The notes beneath the pieces are model-generated. The model saw only the letters and a program-made list of their open reading frames with translations. It had not been told where the DNA came from and made no database searches. From Phoronis australis (lineage: Eukaryota; Animalia; Phoronida): a stretch of 64,000 nt of DNA. The translations under genes were made by a program, and so were the position numbers. The stretch is from contig NMRA01000088.1 of the NCBI GenBank assembly GCA_002633005.1, positions 732,437-796,436 of the forward strand, in the 5' to 3' direction. Within the stretch, counting starts at the first letter, position 1; each line of letters opens with the position of its first letter. Shown one piece after another: positions 63,091 to 64,000 of this stretch.

Positions 63091-64000
63091 TTGTTATGTG
63101 GTCTCATTGCATATTAAAAGATTTTTGCGATATTTTAACATACTTTAAATGCTAATTAAAGTTAACAAGAGGACACATCAGGACAGGGCTGCAGACTCCT
63201 GGTTCAAAGTTCTGATGATTTTTCAAGAATATTTTACGTATGGGGAAAAGACAATGTTATTACGTGAACTGCTCTTTTCTTTGTCCGTTTCAAGCAAAAA
63301 AGCACAAAATGATGGAACCAAAATTTTAAATAGCATCTTGGCAGGGTTGATAAGGGGACACCTTGTCCTGTTAAAAAGGGGACACTTGTGGTCAAAGCTT
63401 TGAATATGCCAACGAGGAGTTTCATAAACAAGCTTCAACAAAGCAAAGGGATTTTAAACCAAGTATTAGTGTTCTGTTAAGATCTGGTTAATTTAAAACA
63501 CAAGTTTACTGACAAGTTATGAAAATAATACGCAAAGTAAGCCATGAATTAGTTCTGTGCACAAAACCAGCAAACTGCAGCTGCTAAGTAGAGAACATAT
63601 TTTTGTAGGCACTGTGCACTGAAGTCATGCGCATGTAGCAGTTGCTGCACTCCATGATTGAGTGACCAATACGTAACGCTCATGGCAGTCATTATCGGGA
63701 GCTTTCACTTTTTGACTTCAGACTCGAATCCACACAAGGCGTTTGAAAGCAGAATTTTTGAAAAGTTGGGGAGGGGGTGGGGGTGGATTGCGAGTTAAAG
63801 TGATATTAAACTCATGCTTTCTGTCAAAAGAAAATTAATTTAGGCCACTTACCGTTTCAAAATTAGTCTTTTCTTGTTCCTTACTCAGTTTAGAAGTGAT
63901 CTCTGGTCTCAAGAAGAAGTGACACTTGGTAATTTCATCAGAACAAGAGCATGAAATTTGAGCTTTGTCTAAAGTAAAGCACTGTCTGTTCTTCCATAGC

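Overview
AT-rich eukaryotic (invertebrate animal) genomic DNA with spliceosomal introns, many decayed transposons and one assembly gap (57101-57544). The main gene is a two-exon TGF-beta-superfamily ligand on the minus strand: exon 1 CDS 32176-31858, a 19,169-bp phase-1 GT-AG intron, and exon 2 CDS 12688-11820, giving 395 aa. It has a signal peptide, a prodomain and a 9-cysteine mature domain that most resembles the Maverick/Panda/GDF15 group, plus a TATA/Inr promoter and a probable ~3-kb AU-rich 3' UTR. A second, divergently transcribed plus-strand gene is not captured as a gene by the ORF track but can be assembled from three short phase-compatible exons (59300-59310, 61725-61812, 62143-62196); it probably continues beyond the window and its product is unidentified. 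The rest is repeat-derived: two THAP-domain fossils, a decayed ISL2EU-like (THAP + YqaJ) transposon, foldback elements with 9-10 bp target-site duplications (TSDs), PIF/Harbinger-type MITEs, LINE fragments, tRNA-derived SINE heads and microsatellites. I found no clearly new multi-gene system. The best leads are the unusual predicted processing of the ligand, the hidden short-exon gene, and two cases of hairpin-tipped elements inserting at another transposon's terminus. All alignments were done by eye, so family names are inferences needing database confirmation.
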